From positions 42,790,411 to 42,852,939 of the forward strand of contig JASCQW010000162.1 in assembly GCA_030264375.1 (NCBI GenBank): DNA of 62,529 bases, given 5' to 3'. Every line of letters begins with the position of its first letter. The stretch's first letter is position 1. The notes below the pieces were generated by a model, which ran no database searches, was not told where the DNA came from, and was given only the letters and a program-made list of their open reading frames with translations. The position numbers were made by a program, and so were the translations under genes. The DNA comes from Carcharhinus longimanus. Its lineage: Eukaryota. This document shows, one piece after another, positions 62,227 through 62,529 of this stretch.

Positions 62227-62246
62227 TTTTTTTTTAGTATCCTAAA

Positions 62247-62407
62247 GGCAGTATGGTAGCACAGTGGTTAGCACTGCTACACTACAGTGCCAGGGACCTG
62301 GGTTCGACTCTGGTCTTGGATCACTGTCTATGTGGAGTTTGCATGTTCTCCCCATGTCTGCGTGGGTTTTCTCCAGGTGCTCTGGTTTCCTCCCACACTC
62401 TAAAGAC
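62247..62407 (+). mobile_element. V-SINE 5' half, truncated by a Penelope terminus
   Basis: A box tagcacagtggttagc, B box gggttcgactc, then the V domain. Confidence 0.88.
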
Positions 62408-62529
62408 GGTAAAAAGTCTGACAACACCAGGTTTTAGTCCAACCGATTTATTTGATAGTAAACTCACTAGCTTTCAAAGGGATTCCCTCTTCTTCAGGTG
62501 AATGGAGAGTTCTGGCCTCAGACAGAGCA
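62408..62529 (-). mobile_element. Penelope-like terminus with a minimal hammerhead motif (62464-62501)
   Basis: Minus strand: TCAC-CTGAAGA-AGAGGG-aat-CCCTTT-GAAA-GCTA-GTGA, followed by caaataaatcggttggactaaaacctggtgttgtc. Confidence 0.78.

Noticed and set aside
62247-62320. tRNA genes at A/B-box sequences, also at 31954 and 35315
   Set aside because: These are SINE heads that continue into V-domain sequence, with no full cloverleaf.

Overview
This is eukaryotic DNA, almost certainly from a shark or other cartilaginous fish. That call rests on HE1-type V-SINEs, a DeuSINE, CR1, Rex1/Babar and L2 LINEs, and Penelope elements. The window is AT-rich, repeat-dense and has many N gaps. The only host-gene sequence I can support is two intact, phase-compatible minus-strand exons (40412-40528 and 39297-39504) of an RDH11/12/13-like short-chain dehydrogenase. 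Its other exons were not found. The rest is a layered archive of decayed transposons: LINEs, SINEs, Penelope-type termini with minimal hammerhead ribozyme motifs, PIF/Harbinger transposase fossils with many MITEs, a pogo (POGK-like) transposase fossil and solo-LTR candidates. The most unusual signal is four local inverted duplications. Two are copies of unique DNA lying about 0.8-0.9 kb downstream, inserted in reverse orientation into transposons. One is a 132-bp long inverted repeat and one is an 82-bp foldback. I found no prokaryotic system, CRISPR array or confidently novel gene. Family names come from recalled consensus motifs, not database searches, and repeat boundaries are approximate.
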